64,000 nucleotides of DNA from an uncultured delta proteobacterium (GTDB lineage Bacteria > Myxococcota > Myxococcia > Myxococcales > Anaeromyxobacteraceae), in contig CAWFDF010000012.1 of assembly GCA_963814585.1 (NCBI GenBank), positions 448,001 to 512,000 on the forward strand. The letters run 5' to 3'. Position numbers and translations under genes: made by a program. The stretch's first letter is position 1. Every line of letters begins with the position of its first letter. The notes beneath the pieces were generated by a model, which saw only the letters and a list, made by a program, of their open reading frames with translations, ran no database searches and was not told the DNA's origin. Positions 1-11,174 of this stretch are shown here, in pieces.

Positions 1-916
1 CGAGATTGAGCCAGGCCCCGGCCGAGCCGGGGGCGTACTTGACCGCCAGCTCGAGCTCCTGCGCCGCGCCCGCGAAGTCGTCGGCATCGGCGAGGATGGC
101 GCCGTAGTTGGCATGCGCCTCCGGGTAGTCCAGGCGCAGCGACGCCGCGGTCCTGAAGTCCTCGATGGCCTGTGGACGGTTGCCGAGGGCCAGCTCGACG
201 AGGCCGAGCCGGTTCCAGACGGCGGGATCGGTCCCGTCGATCCGCCGGGCGTTCTCGAGGACCATGCGGGCCAGCTCGAAGCGGCCCCGGCCCGCATAGG
301 CGGTGGCGAGCGCCACCAGGGCCGGGACGTTCCTCTCGTCCGCCTGGAGCGCCTTCTTGCACTCCTCCCCGGCGGCGTCGTGCTTCCCGCCCGCCAGCAG
401 CAGCTCGGCCAGGCCGACGCGCAGCGCCACGCCGTCGGCCCGCTCCAGCCGATCTCGCAGCTCCCGCTCGATCTGCCCGGGCGGCCGCCCCTCCCGCAGC
501 CAGAGGCGGACCAGGTTCTGCGCCGCCGGGGCGAAGTCCGGATGGGACTCCATGGTGGCCAGGTAGGCCGCCGCGGCCTGCTCGGCACGGCCCAGCCGCT
601 CCTGGAGCACGCCGGCGTCGAGACCGGCCCAGGGGAGCCCGGCGCCGGAGCGGCGGACCGCCTCGAACAGGGCGGCCGCCCCCTCCAGGTCGCCGAGCCT
701 CTGCAGCTCGACCGCCGCGGAGAACTGCTCCCTGGGGTCCCGCCCCGCCAGCGGAGCGGCCTCGAGGTGGGCCGGCGTGGGCGAGGGCGGCGGCGCGTCG
801 GGGCGCGCCACCTCCTCCCCCGACACCGGCCTCTGCGCGCCGGCGCACGACGAGAGGGCCGTGGCGAACAGGATCGCCACCGGCGCCACCCGCGCCGCCC
901 GGCACGCCGGCCGCAT
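1..916 (-). CDS. TPR-repeat lipoprotein, GltE/AglT-like (runs off the window edge)
   Basis: Not in the ORF track. My reverse translation from the ATG at 916 gives MRPACRAARVAPVAILFATALSSC (lipobox), then TPR-like helices. It starts 3 nt after the stop of the 920..2473 gene. Confidence 0.7.
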   Translation of the reverse strand, partial: MRPACRAARVAPVAILFATALSSCAGAQRPVSGEEVARPDAPPPSPTPAHLEAAPLAGRDPREQFSAAVELQRLGDLEGAAALFEAVRRSGAGLPWAGLDAGVLQERLGRAEQAAAAYLATMESHPDFAPAAQNLVRLWLREGRPPGQIERELRDRLERADGVALRVGLAELLLAGGKHDAAGEECKKALQADERNVPALVALATAYAGRGRFELARMVLENARRIDGTDPAVWNRLGLVELALGNRPQAIEDFRTAASLRLDYPEAHANYGAILADADDFAGAAQELELAVKYAPGSAGAWLNL

Positions 917-919
917 CGC

Positions 920-2473
920 CTACCTCTTGGCCCGCTTCCTGGCCTCGACCTGGTGGCTCTTGCCCACCACGTCGGTGACCCCGGCCACCTCGCCGCAGGC
1001 CTGGTAGGCCTTCCTGGCATCGGGCATCTTGCCGGCCTTCTCGAGCAGCTCGCCGGCCCGGTAGAGGAGCTTGGCCGCCGAGTTGGCGTCGCCCTTGGCG
1101 CAGCGCGGATCCGTGCCGAAGGCCACGTAGGCCCTGGCGGCGTCGACGGGCTTGCGGGTCTCGTCGAGCGTGGCGCCGAGGTTGTAGATGGCGTTGCAGC
1201 GGAGCGAGCTGTCCGGGTACTTCTCGACGAACTCCCGGTACAGCCTGATGGCCTCGTCCTTCTTCCCCTGCCGGGCGCGGAGGGCCGCCAGCACGGGCAT
1301 GGTGGCCTCGGCCTCCTTGCTGTCGGGGTACTTCGCCAGCAGCTGCTCGCGCAGCGCCGCGGCCTTGTCGAGCTGGTTGGCCTTCTCGTAGGCGATGGCG
1401 CCGTTGAAGAGCGCCAGCGGGACGTTCGGGTTGCTCCCGTGCCTGGCCACGAAGGCCTCGAACTCGGCGCCGGCCTGGACGAACTGGCCGGCGTCGAGCT
1501 GGCGCATGGCCTGGTTGAAGGCCCCCTCGACCTCCAGCATGTTGAGCTGCTCCAGCCCCTTGGCCAGGCTCTCCTTGGTCTTGGCGTCGGTTGCCTTGGC
1601 CGCGGCCTCGGCCACCTGGGCCTTGAGCTTGGGCAGCGCGGCGTCGAGCCCGGCCTGGTCGTCGAGCGCGCGGAAGGTCTGCAGGTAGAGCTTCGCGGTC
1701 CCGACGTCGGTGTCGGCCGGCCACGTCTCCAGGATGCGCGCGAAGCGGGCGCGGGCGTCCTCCATGTTGTCGAAGGCGTACTTGACCTGGGCCGCGCTGG
1801 TCGCCACCTGCGCCGGGGTGCTGGGGAGGAACCGGTCCTTGGGCGCCTTCTTGTTGTCCGGATCCATGTCGGAGAGCTTCACGTAGGTGTCGGCGTACTC
1901 GACCAGGCGCTTCCACTCGCCCGGGGGCGGGCGGGGGTTGAGGGGGGTGGCCTTGCGCTGATCCCAGAGGGCGAGCCGCACCGGCTCGAGCTTGCCGGCC
2001 TGGACCCTGGCCTGCGCCACCGCGTTGATGGCGGCGTGGGCCAGCTTGGCCGCCATGGCCCGGGAGACGTCGCTGGCGTCGGGGTTGAGCAGCAGCTTGT
2101 CCGCCTGCTCGGCCGCCTGGGCCTCCTGGCGGGCGTACAGGAAGTACTTCGCCGCGTTGAACCGGAACGAGACGCTCCACTCGTTCGAGGGGAACCGGTC
2201 GGCGAAGTCGGACATGGCCTGCGCCTCGGTGCCCCACTCGGCCCGGGCCTGGTCCATGTTGCCCGAGTTGGCGGCCATGGCTCCGGCCTGGTGGTGGGTG
2301 TTGATGTTCTGGACGAAGCCGCGCTCGACGTCGTTGGGGAAGTCACGCTCGGGGGGCGGGAACTTCTGGTCGGCCTGCTTGAAGCGGGTGGTTCCCCCCG
2401 ACCCGCCACCGGTGGTGGCGCAGCCGGCCAGCAGGGCCAGGAGGAGGGTGGTGGCGAGGCGGGTGCGCTTCAT
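920..2473 (-). CDS. TPR-repeat lipoprotein (517 aa)
   Basis: Signal peptide with LLAGC lipobox; TPR motifs such as ALFNGAIAYEK and AIYNLGATLD; GAGGA RBS upstream. Confidence 0.85.
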   Translation of the reverse strand: MKRTRLATTLLLALLAGCATTGGGSGGTTRFKQADQKFPPPERDFPNDVERGFVQNINTHHQAGAMAANSGNMDQARAEWGTEAQAMSDFADRFPSNEWSVSFRFNAAKYFLYARQEAQAAEQADKLLLNPDASDVSRAMAAKLAHAAINAVAQARVQAGKLEPVRLALWDQRKATPLNPRPPPGEWKRLVEYADTYVKLSDMDPDNKKAPKDRFLPSTPAQVATSAAQVKYAFDNMEDARARFARILETWPADTDVGTAKLYLQTFRALDDQAGLDAALPKLKAQVAEAAAKATDAKTKESLAKGLEQLNMLEVEGAFNQAMRQLDAGQFVQAGAEFEAFVARHGSNPNVPLALFNGAIAYEKANQLDKAAALREQLLAKYPDSKEAEATMPVLAALRARQGKKDEAIRLYREFVEKYPDSSLRCNAIYNLGATLDETRKPVDAARAYVAFGTDPRCAKGDANSAAKLLYRAGELLEKAGKMPDARKAYQACGEVAGVTDVVGKSHQVEARKRAKR

Positions 2474-5400
2474 GGTCGTTTCCTCGGGTGCGGGCCGCGC
2501 TGGTTCACTTCTCGCCGGTGGCGCCGGGAACGGGTCCGGTGGCCGGTGGAGTGGGCGTGGCGGTGGTGGTGCTGGGCGAACTGGTGGTCGGAGCTTGGTC
2601 GGTCGGTGCTTGGTCGGTCAGAACGGTCGATGGGAGCTTGCGTGGCAGGCCCTGCGCTGGTGGGTGACTCGTCGACGGGCGTGGCCCCGGTGCGGGACGG
2701 ACCGTCGGGCGTGTCGGCGAGCGGCACCGGGGAGAGGTCCTCGGTGATCATGCGCGCCTTGGCCTCCTTCAGGATCGGATATTCGCGCGGACGGTAGCGG
2801 GCCAGCGACTCGCCGGTCCTCCTGGTCCACTCGTTCTTGACGTGGAGCTTCCGCGCCGCCTCGATGGCCTGGACGTAGACGGTGACCGCCTGGTCCTCGT
2901 AGGGCTGCGCGTACCGGGCCAGGCCGTCCTGGTAGGCGGCCAGGTACTCCTCGTTCCCCGGCCTCTTGAACTCGGCCGGGACCGGGGCCTCGGAGATGGT
3001 CTGGGCCAGGCGCTCCAGCAGGTTGGCCTTGCGATAGAACGCGGCCAGGACCCAGTCCGGGCGCCGGTAGGCGGAGACCTCGTCGTAGAGCCGGGCCACC
3101 CGCCCGGCCTCGGCGAACTTGGCCTCCAGCGCCTTCTGGAGCTTCCTGGGATCGGTGGTCGCGGGCACGGCGATGGCGTCGTAGCGCTCGAAGTCGAACT
3201 CGGCAAGCCGGAAGCGGGCCTCGGCGGCGGCCGCCGCCGCGCGCGGGGCGCTCTCGGGCTTCAGGCCGAGGCGGGCGAACTCCGACACGGTGGCGGCGTA
3301 GCCGGCCCTGGCGGCCTTCTCGTCCTTCAGCTGGCGCCAGGCCAGCGCGATCTGGAGCTGGGCCTGGACCAGCAGCTCGTGCTCCCTGGACCTGCCGAAG
3401 CGCCGGATGAAGTCCTGGAGCGCGGCGATCTCCCGGCGCCACTCGCCGGTCTTCTCGTAGATCAGCGCGGCGTGGAAGCGGGTGCGGGCGGCGTCCTCGG
3501 CGTCCGGGTAGGCCTGGGCGTAGCGGGCGAAGGACGCCGCCGCCGCGTCGTAGCGCTGCAGGTTCTCCTGCGCCCGGGCGGCGTTGTAGAGCGCGTCCTT
3601 GCGGTGCCTGGACCTGGGGTACGTCTCCACCAGCAGCAGGTAGCGCTCGATCGCCTTCTCGAAGTCGTAGGTGTTCTCGGCGTTGAAGCCGACGCGGAAG
3701 AGGGCCTCGTCGGCCAGCGCCGACCTCGGATACTCGTCGCTGAGCCGTTCGTACATCCGCAGCGCCGACTCGAAGCGGCGAGCCCCCTCGTAGCAGCTGG
3801 CGGCGTTGTAGAGCGCCTTGTCGGCGAACTCGTGCCTGGGGTCCTCCTGGACCAGCGCGATGAAGAGCGCCGCCGCCGGCTCGTACTGCCGCTCCTCCAT
3901 CAGCTGCATGGCGCCGTTGAAGCGGCCGCCCAGCTTGGACTTCTGCAGCGAGGCCCGGAGCGCGGGCTGGCCCGCCACCTGGCTCGCCTGCAGGCGGGCG
4001 GCGGCCGCCTCCACCCCCTTCCAGTCCTTCGTGGCGAGGAACGACTCGATGATCAGGTTGGCGGCGAACGGCGCCACCTCGGCGGAGGGCCAGCGGTCCA
4101 CCACCTCCTCGAAGCGGCAGCGCGCCTCGTCGAGGTCGTCGTACCGGTAGAAGACCTCGCCGGCCTTGAAGGCCAGGGTGGCGGCCTGGGGCGCGTCGCC
4201 GCGCCGGGCCAGGAAGACGTCGGAGTCTCGCACCAGGTCCTGGTACACCTCGGGGAGCGGCAGCGCCTTGATCTCCTCCCCATCCTGGCGATCGCTGGAG
4301 AGGCGGACCTTCCGGTCCGGGAGCTCCCCGGCCAGCTGCAGCCGCGTCACCTCGCCCTCCCAGGCGAGCACGGCCGAGAGCGCCGCCTCCGTCCAGTGCC
4401 GATCGCCGGCCGGGTCGTCGCGGACCGCCGCGTAGGCGCGGGCCGCCGGCCCGAACGCCCGGGCATGGTAGAGGCACTCGGCGTGGGCGTAGGAGAGCTG
4501 GTTGGCCTGCTTGGAGCGCGGGAAGCGCTCCAGGTAGCCGCCGTAGGCCTTGGCGGCGGCGCGGTACTGCTCCACCGCCTCCTCCGGCTTCCCGTCCGCC
4601 TTGCGCTGCTGGGCCTGGGCGTGGTGGAAGCTGGCGACGCGCAGCAGGCTCGTCTCGACGAGGTCGCGCACCGAGGCGACCAGCTCGGGCCGGCCCTTGT
4701 TCCGCTGCCACCAGGGCGTGCCCTCGGAGAAGGCGTCGACCAGGGCTTGCCGCTCCTCGATCTCCCGGTCGAGGCGGCGGTCCCGCGACCAGGCCACCAC
4801 GATCTTGCCCTGGATGCCCGGCGCGTCCGGCGAGAGGGGATCGAGCTCCAGCACCACCCGGTAGGCCTCGACCGCGGCGGCGTACCTGGTCTCCTCGAGG
4901 AGGACGTCGCCCAGCCGGGCGAAGACCTCGGCCTGGTACGGGGGCGAGTCCTTCGCCGCGAAGAAGGCCCTGGCCCTCTCCACCCCACCCCACTTCTCGT
5001 CGGCGAAGCTGATGGCGGTGTACTGGATGGCCTCGGGCCAGACGTCGCCGCCAGGCTTCTCGCCGCTGGCGCTGGCCACGTAGAAGTCCAGCAGGCGGGT
5101 GAACGCCTCCACCGCCTGCTGGTAGTCGTCCAGCCGGTAGTGGGTCCAGCCCAGCTTGTAGATGGCGCGGGCGTGGAGCGGGTGCTCGGGGTAGGCGTAC
5201 AGCTTCGAGAAGGCGCCGGCGGCCTGGAGCAGGGAGCTGGGCGCCACCTCGTCGAAGTGCCAGTCGCCGAGCCGGACCCAGGCCTCAGGCACGAAGGGGC
5301 TGCCGGGGAACCGCTCGATGAGGGCCAGGTAGGCGGCCTGGGCCTCGACGCCCTGCCCCATCTCGCCGAGGCAGTACGCCAGCAGGTACCAGATGCCGTG

Positions 5401-6009
5401 GGTGAACCCGTAGCCGGGGAAGCCGGTGAGCAGCCGCTGGTAGAGCGCGATGGACGGGGCGTAGCTCCTCAGCGGCTCGGGCGGCGGCTCCAGGCCCTCC
5501 GCGGCGGCCCGCCTCGCCTCCACGTGGTAGCGCTCCATGGCCAGCCGGAAGTCGTCGTCGGCCTTCTCGTAGTGGAGCTCGGCCAGCCGGAACATGGCGT
5601 CGGGCGTGTGCTCCGGGTCATCGGGGTACCGGGACAGGAACGCCTCGAAGCGGAGGATGGCCGCCTCGCGCTCCAGCCGGTCCAGCCCCTCCAGGTCGGT
5701 GATGGCCAGCTCGAACTGGTCGGCCAGGAACCGCCGCCGCTGCTGGTACTGCTGCTTCACCGAGGCCTGGATCTCGCCGCGAAAGGCGCGGGCCTCGGTC
5801 TCGAAGCGCCGCAGCGCCGCCTCGAACTCCTCCAGGTCCCTGGCCGCCGCCGAGGGCGCGGGGGCCGCCGGGGCCGCGACCGGAGCCGCCCGGCTCCGCT
5901 CCCGGCACGAGACGTAGCCGCTGGCCGGCGCCACGGCCGCCGCCACGGCGGGGAGCAGGGCGAGTCCGAGGAGCCCGGCGCCCTGGCGCAGGCGGCCGCC
6001 CACGGTCAC
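2470..6009 (-). CDS. Large secreted TPR protein, GltD/AgmU-like (~1,170 aa); probable indel near the C-terminus
   Basis: C-terminal part of track ORF 2470..7572. GTG at 6009 overlaps the upstream TGA and is followed by a signal peptide and many TPRs (YPDDPEHTPDAMFRLAEL, ADKALYNAASCYE). An alternative frame ends cleanly at the TGA at 2505. Confidence 0.8.
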   Translation of the reverse strand: MTVGGRLRQGAGLLGLALLPAVAAAVAPASGYVSCRERSRAAPVAAPAAPAPSAAARDLEEFEAALRRFETEARAFRGEIQASVKQQYQQRRRFLADQFELAITDLEGLDRLEREAAILRFEAFLSRYPDDPEHTPDAMFRLAELHYEKADDDFRLAMERYHVEARRAAAEGLEPPPEPLRSYAPSIALYQRLLTGFPGYGFTHGIWYLLAYCLGEMGQGVEAQAAYLALIERFPGSPFVPEAWVRLGDWHFDEVAPSSLLQAAGAFSKLYAYPEHPLHARAIYKLGWTHYRLDDYQQAVEAFTRLLDFYVASASGEKPGGDVWPEAIQYTAISFADEKWGGVERARAFFAAKDSPPYQAEVFARLGDVLLEETRYAAAVEAYRVVLELDPLSPDAPGIQGKIVVAWSRDRRLDREIEERQALVDAFSEGTPWWQRNKGRPELVASVRDLVETSLLRVASFHHAQAQQRKADGKPEEAVEQYRAAAKAYGGYLERFPRSKQANQLSYAHAECLYHARAFGPAARAYAAVRDDPAGDRHWTEAALSAVLAWEGEVTRLQLAGELPDRKVRLSSDRQDGEEIKALPLPEVYQDLVRDSDVFLARRGDAPQAATLAFKAGEVFYRYDDLDEARCRFEEVVDRWPSAEVAPFAANLIIESFLATKDWKGVEAAAARLQASQVAGQPALRASLQKSKLGGRFNGAMQLMEERQYEPAAALFIALVQEDPRHEFADKALYNAASCYEGARRFESALRMYERLSDEYPRSALADEALFRVGFNAENTYDFEKAIERYLLLVETYPRSRHRKDALYNAARAQENLQRYDAAAASFARYAQAYPDAEDAARTRFHAALIYEKTGEWRREIAALQDFIRRFGRSREHELLVQAQLQIALAWRQLKDEKAARAGYAATVSEFARLGLKPESAPRAAAAAAEARFRLAEFDFERYDAIAVPATTDPRKLQKALEAKFAEAGRVARLYDEVSAYRRPDWVLAAFYRKANLLERLAQTISEAPVPAEFKRPGNEEYLAAYQDGLARYAQPYEDQAVTVYVQAIEAARKLHVKNEWTRRTGESLARYRPREYPILKEAKARMITEDLSPVPLADTPDGPSRTGATPVDESPTSAGPATQAPIDRSDRPSTDRPSSDHQFAQHHHRHAHSTGHRTRSRRHRREVNQRGPHPRKRP

Positions 6010-8330
6010 TCCACCTCCCGCAGCACCGGGCCGAAGTCGCGGTCCAGGGCCTCGAGCTCGGCGGCCTTGTGCCTCGAGATCTGCTGGATGCGATCGACCC
6101 GCTCCCGCTTGCGCGACCAGGCCACGTCCAGCATGCCGACGTCGGCCTTCAGAACCATCCCGTGGAGCTGGGCCCGGACCGCGCGGAAGGCCCCGCGGGC
6201 GACGCGGCCGACGACGTCCCGGGACTCGGCGGCGAGCTGGGCCAGCTCCACCTGCTGGCGGAGCAGCTCGCTCCGCACGGAGGCGATCCGGCCGCCCACC
6301 GCCGCCGCGTTGCCGCTGGCCATCGAGGTGAACCGCTCCTTGAGCCGCTCGGCGGCCGCGTCGATCCGGTCGAGCCGGTCGCCGAGCGCCGCGCCGCGCC
6401 AGAGCTCCTCGGCGGCGCCTGGCGCCAGGGCCGTCCCGACCGAGCCCACCAGCGCCCGCTCCTGCTCCGCCAGGGCCAGGTACTCGCGCCGCAGGCCGGC
6501 GTCGCCGGCGACCTGGGCCGTCCCGCCCACCTCGTCCCGGACCACCGCGACCTCCTGCCGGAGGGTGCGGAGGGTCTCGCCGTAGCCGGCCACGACGCCG
6601 CGGTGCTCGCGCAGCTCGGCGCCAAGCTCTCCGAGCCTCGCCAGGTCGGCGCCGGGCTCGGTGCGGTGCCTGGCGATCCATGACTCGGTGCCGGTCACGG
6701 CGGCCTCGGCGGCGGCGACCTGGACGCCGAGCTGGAAGGCGTCCCTCTCCGCCTGGTCCGCCCGGGCCCGCATCCGGGCGGCGCGGGCCTCGACCTCCAC
6801 GCCGGTCCGCGGCAGCTGGTCGAGGCGAGGCTGGAGCCGCCGGCGGGCCTGCCGCAGCCTCTCCAGCTCGGCCTGGCCGGACGGCGGCAGCAGCGGCGCC
6901 GCCAGCGCCGCGGCCTGGTCGGCGATCTGGCCGCGCAGCCGCGCCGTGCCGTTCTCCACCGCGTCGGCGTTGATCCAGCCCTGGCGGGCCAGCGGCACGG
7001 CGTCGAGCCCGGCGCCCCCGGCCAGCAGCGCCTCGACCCGGCCGAGGGCCTGGAGAGACTCGTCCTGGTCCCGCCTGGCGCCGTCGAGCGCGGCCAGCAG
7101 CTCGAGCGCCTCGCCCACGTCCTGTCGCCCCGAGGCCCACTGCACCGCCATGGGCGGGAGGCGCGAGGCCGTCTCGAAGGCGCTCCGGCGGCGGCCGATC
7201 AGGTCGTCGAAGTACCGGACCGGGTCCTGGTGGAGATCGACCACGGCGTCGATCTGGTCGCGAACCGGGGCGTAGGTGCCGATGACCTCGTCGAACGAGT
7301 CGCCGGCCTCGGCGTAGTGGCCGAGTCGCAGGTGGAGGTGACCGGTGAGGATGATGGCCTCGGGCGCCAGCCGGGAGCCGGGCGCCAGGTCCATGATCAT
7401 GGCGGCGGTGCGCAGCGCCTGCTCGTGGCGGCCGGCCCGGACGTAGCCCCAGGCCACCTCGAAGAGCGTCTCGTCGAAGCGCGGCGAGCCGTAGGGGACG
7501 ACCAGGTAGCGGTCGAGCGACTCGGCGAACCTCCCCTGCTCGGCGTAGACGCGCCCCGCCGCCATGGCGCACAGCTCCCGGATCTCCACCTGCCCCGGCT
7601 CCACGCCCTGCAAGGCGAGGCAGGCCTCGAAGCGCCCGGCGGCGGCCGCCAGGTCGCCGGCCTCCACCAGGAGTGCGCCCTGGAAGTAGGCGGCGGCCAG
7701 GTGGTGCGGGGGGCGGACCGCGCCGAAGTCGACCAGGCCCTGGGCCAGCCGCTGGTCCGGCTCCAGGTCGGTCCGGAACGCGGTGACCTTGCCGACCAGG
7801 TAGGCCAGCTCGGGGGGCTGCCCGTCGCCGAGCTGGGCCCGCGCCGAGTCCAGCAGCGGCTGGAGGCCCTCGAGCCGCTTCAGCCTGAGGCGGCAGTCGA
7901 GCGCGCCGATCAGCGCGGCCGCCCGTAGCGCCGGGTCCCCGTGCCCCAGCAGCGCCTGGTAGGCCCCGAGCGCGGCCCCGCAGGAGCCCTGGTGGCGGAG
8001 CGCCTCGCCCAGGTGGAGCAGCGCCCGCGGGGCGTCGACGCTGGCCCGGAACTCGGCCTCCTCGAGCGCCCCGTGGAACAGCACCGTGGCGTTCGGCCAG
8101 TCGCCCAGCTGGAACCGGGTCTCGCCGTCGGCGAACCAGCGTCGCGCCTGCGCCGGCGTGGTCTCGTCGGGGCGGGCGTAGGTCCGCTCGACCTCCGCCA
8201 GTCGCGCCTCCAGGGCGGCGCTCGACTCCCCGGCGTCCTCGAGCCAGGAGGCCGCCGTGGGCCGCGGCACGAGGAGCGTCGCGGCCAGCGCCAGCGCGGC
8301 CGCGATCACGCCTGGTCGACCCAGGATCAC
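6006..8330 (-). CDS. Secreted TPR/coiled-coil protein (glt-cluster-like)
   Basis: C-terminal part of track ORF 6006..9062. GTG at 8330 overlaps the upstream stop (alternative start 8309); signal peptide, TPR helices, C-terminal coiled coil. Confidence 0.75.
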   Translation of the reverse strand: MILGRPGVIAAALALAATLLVPRPTAASWLEDAGESSAALEARLAEVERTYARPDETTPAQARRWFADGETRFQLGDWPNATVLFHGALEEAEFRASVDAPRALLHLGEALRHQGSCGAALGAYQALLGHGDPALRAAALIGALDCRLRLKRLEGLQPLLDSARAQLGDGQPPELAYLVGKVTAFRTDLEPDQRLAQGLVDFGAVRPPHHLAAAYFQGALLVEAGDLAAAAGRFEACLALQGVEPGQVEIRELCAMAAGRVYAEQGRFAESLDRYLVVPYGSPRFDETLFEVAWGYVRAGRHEQALRTAAMIMDLAPGSRLAPEAIILTGHLHLRLGHYAEAGDSFDEVIGTYAPVRDQIDAVVDLHQDPVRYFDDLIGRRRSAFETASRLPPMAVQWASGRQDVGEALELLAALDGARRDQDESLQALGRVEALLAGGAGLDAVPLARQGWINADAVENGTARLRGQIADQAAALAAPLLPPSGQAELERLRQARRRLQPRLDQLPRTGVEVEARAARMRARADQAERDAFQLGVQVAAAEAAVTGTESWIARHRTEPGADLARLGELGAELREHRGVVAGYGETLRTLRQEVAVVRDEVGGTAQVAGDAGLRREYLALAEQERALVGSVGTALAPGAAEELWRGAALGDRLDRIDAAAERLKERFTSMASGNAAAVGGRIASVRSELLRQQVELAQLAAESRDVVGRVARGAFRAVRAQLHGMVLKADVGMLDVAWSRKRERVDRIQQISRHKAAELEALDRDFGPVLREVE

Positions 8331-9062
8331 TTCCTGGCGCCTTCCCCTGCCGGGCTCTTCTTGCGGGAGGCGGGCTCCTCCTTCTGGATCTCCTGCTCGT
8401 ACCTGATGCTCGGGCGGTCCTTGAGCTCGGAGGTGAGGCCGCCCTTCTCGTAGCCGATCACCTTGACGGTGATCACCTTGCCGGGCTCGGCGTTGAGCAT
8501 GTAGGCCGACTGGACCTTGAACTTGTAGTCCTTGAGGTAGCTGAAGAGGCCGAAGCCGTGGCCGCGGTAGACCATCTGCACCGCGACCTGGTGGTTGCCC
8601 GGGACGATCCGGCCGTTGAAGACCTCGAACTCCTCGCGCTTGTCGAGGTCGCCGTCGAGGTCGGCCTTGGTGTAGACGGGCGCGCCGTCGAGCGCGTAGG
8701 TCACCGACTCCAGGTAGAACGACGAGCCCATCTCGTTGCGGTGGACGATCACCGCCTTGGCGCCGGAGGTGATGTCCCCGCCGATCACCATCTCCTGCAG
8801 GTTCATCAGCCGCGCCTTGGTCCGGAAGATCTTCTCCTTCAGGTCCGTGACCCGCTCCTCCAGCGTGCGGACCTTGAGGTCGTTCTGCTCCTCGGCGGTC
8901 CCGGCCTGGGCGGCGTTCGGGCCCGCGGTCGGGCCGCTCCCCGGGGTGGCGCCGACCGGGCCGGTGCCGGGCGCCTGGCCGAGCACCGGAGCCGGGAGGA
9001 GCAGACGCGACCAGCAGGAGCAGGGGCAACGGGATGGCGCGGTAGGGACGCGGCACGTTCAC
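8327..9062 (-). CDS. Secreted hypothetical protein (coiled coil plus beta-rich domain); probable 1-nt indel near 9005
   Basis: The signal-peptide-like start MNVPRPYRAIPLPLLLLVA is in one frame and the body (LEERVTDLKEKIFRTKARL...FNGRIVPGNHQV) is in the 8327..8986 frame. Confidence 0.7.
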
Positions 9063-9090
9063 CCTCGCTTGGGGATCTGGGGGGACTCCC

Positions 9091-9678
<588 letters not shown>

Positions 9679-9680
9679 GT

Positions 9681-10160
9681 CTACTCGCTGAAGAGGTTGT
9701 CGATGTCGTCGTCGGTGATCTCGGCGAAGGGGCTCGCCGCGCCGGGCGCCGCCTGCTTCTTCGCCAGGCCATCGAAGATCTTGGCCAGCTCCTCGCCCGC
9801 CTTCTTCACCCGCAGGCGCACCAGCCCCAGCGAGCTCTTGGCGTCGAAGATGACGACCAGCACCACCCGGCCGCCCACGATGCTCATGTGGAGCGATTCC
9901 TTCTCCCCCTCGTGGAACTGGTTGGGGAACTCCTTCTCCCCGATCAGCTTGGCCAGGCCGCCCATGGCGGCCACGTTGCCGGCGGTCAGCGAGGCCAGCG
10001 AGGTGGTGTCCAGGTTCTGCGCCTGGCCGCTGGAGGCGATGAGCTGCCCGTTCTTGTCGACGAGGAAGACGACCTTGGCGTTGGCGTCACGCGTGAGCCG
10101 GTCGCAGATCCCGGCGATGAGCCGGAACTCCTCCTCGTACATCACCAGGCCGGAAGTCAT
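9681..10160 (-). CDS. mglB: Roadblock/LC7 GAP MglB
   Basis: LVMYEEEF...LVDKNGQLI...[22 protein letters not shown]...[12 protein letters not shown]; 159 aa. Confidence 0.97.
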   Translation of the reverse strand: MTSGLVMYEEEFRLIAGICDRLTRDANAKVVFLVDKNGQLIASSGQAQNLDTTSLASLTAGNVAAMGGLAKLIGEKEFPNQFHEGEKESLHMSIVGGRVVLVVIFDAKSSLGLVRLRVKKAGEELAKIFDGLAKKQAAPGAASPFAEITDDDIDNLFSE

Positions 10161-10249
10161 GATCCGTCGCTCTCCACGTCGCTACGCCGTACCCCGCCGA
10201 ATACCAAGGAAACGCTCGGCATTCAATCTCCGTCTCCCTCGGGGCCGAA

Positions 10250-10846
10250 TCAAAGCTCCCGCCGCCCCGCCACCGCCCGGGCCAGCGTGGCCTGGTCGGC
10301 GTACTCGAGATCCCCGCCCATGGGGACGCCCTGGGCGATGCGCGTCACCCGGAGCCCGAGCGGCTTGAGCAGCTTCTGCAGGTAGAGCGCGGTGGCCTCC
10401 CCCTCGACGTTGGGGTTGGTGGCCACCAGCACCTCCTCGGCCGGATCGCGCTCCAGCCGGACCAGCAGCTCCCTGATCTTCAGGTCGCCCGGCCCGACGC
10501 CGTCGAGCGGCGAGAGCGCGCCGTGCAGGACGTGGTAGCGGCCGCGGAACTCACGGGTCCGCTCCACCGCCAGCAGGTCGGGGACGCCCTCCACCACGCA
10601 GATGATCCGGGCGTCGCGGGTCGGGTCGAGGCAGATGGGGCAGGGATCACGCTCGGTGAGCGTCTGGCAGGTGGAGCAGCAGCGCACGTCGCGCACCACC
10701 CCCACCACGGCCTCGGCCAGCTCACGGGCCTGCTCCGGGCCGGCCTCGAGGACGTGGAAGGCGAGCCGCTGCGCCGTCTTCTCCCCGATGCCGGGCAGGC
10801 GAGCCAGCTCGCGGACCAGCCGCGCGATGGGATCGGCCACCGACAT
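10250..10846 (-). CDS. recR: Recombination protein RecR
   Basis: LPGIGEKTAQRLA HhH motif, C4 zinc finger, Toprim ATNPNVEGEATA, GGDLEYAD; ATG at 10846. Confidence 0.97.
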   Translation of the reverse strand: MSVADPIARLVRELARLPGIGEKTAQRLAFHVLEAGPEQARELAEAVVGVVRDVRCCSTCQTLTERDPCPICLDPTRDARIICVVEGVPDLLAVERTREFRGRYHVLHGALSPLDGVGPGDLKIRELLVRLERDPAEEVLVATNPNVEGEATALYLQKLLKPLGLRVTRIAQGVPMGGDLEYADQATLARAVAGRREL

Positions 10847-10851
10847 CGGCC

Positions 10852-11164
10852 TCAGCCCATCATCCCGGGGATCTTGACGCCGCCGGTGGCCTTGCCGAGG
10901 TGCTCGTCGGCGGCGGCGCGGGCCTTCTCGACGGTGGCGTTGAGCGCGGCGGTGACCAGGTCCTCGAGCAGCGACGGGTCGGACGGGTCGATGGCCTTGG
11001 GGTCGATGGTGAGCCTCACCACCGCGCAGCGCCCGTTCATGGTCACCTTCACCAGGCCGCCGCCGCTCTCCCCGTCGACGGTGAGGTCGACGAGCTGCTC
11101 GCGCGCCATCTGCCATCGCCTTCTCCAGCTTCTTGGCCTGCTTCATCAGGAACTGGATGTCCAT
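10852..11164 (-). CDS. ybaB: Nucleoid-associated protein YbaB/EbfC with one extra base near 11107
   Basis: [19 protein letters not shown] joins AREQL...[14 protein letters not shown]...[10 protein letters not shown] if one G is removed; lies between dnaX and recR. Confidence 0.9.
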
Positions 11165-11174
11165 GGGCGGGGTC

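Noticed and set aside
113..6585. Very long plus-strand ORFs (894 and 1247 aa) and similar antisense ORFs across the window
   Set aside because: They are shadow ORFs opposite well-supported genes, expected in GC-rich DNA, and lack recognisable motifs.
2470..7572. 1,700-aa ORF as a single protein
   Set aside because: The first ~520 aa are an off-frame read of the upstream gene; the signal peptide begins at the GTG at 6009.
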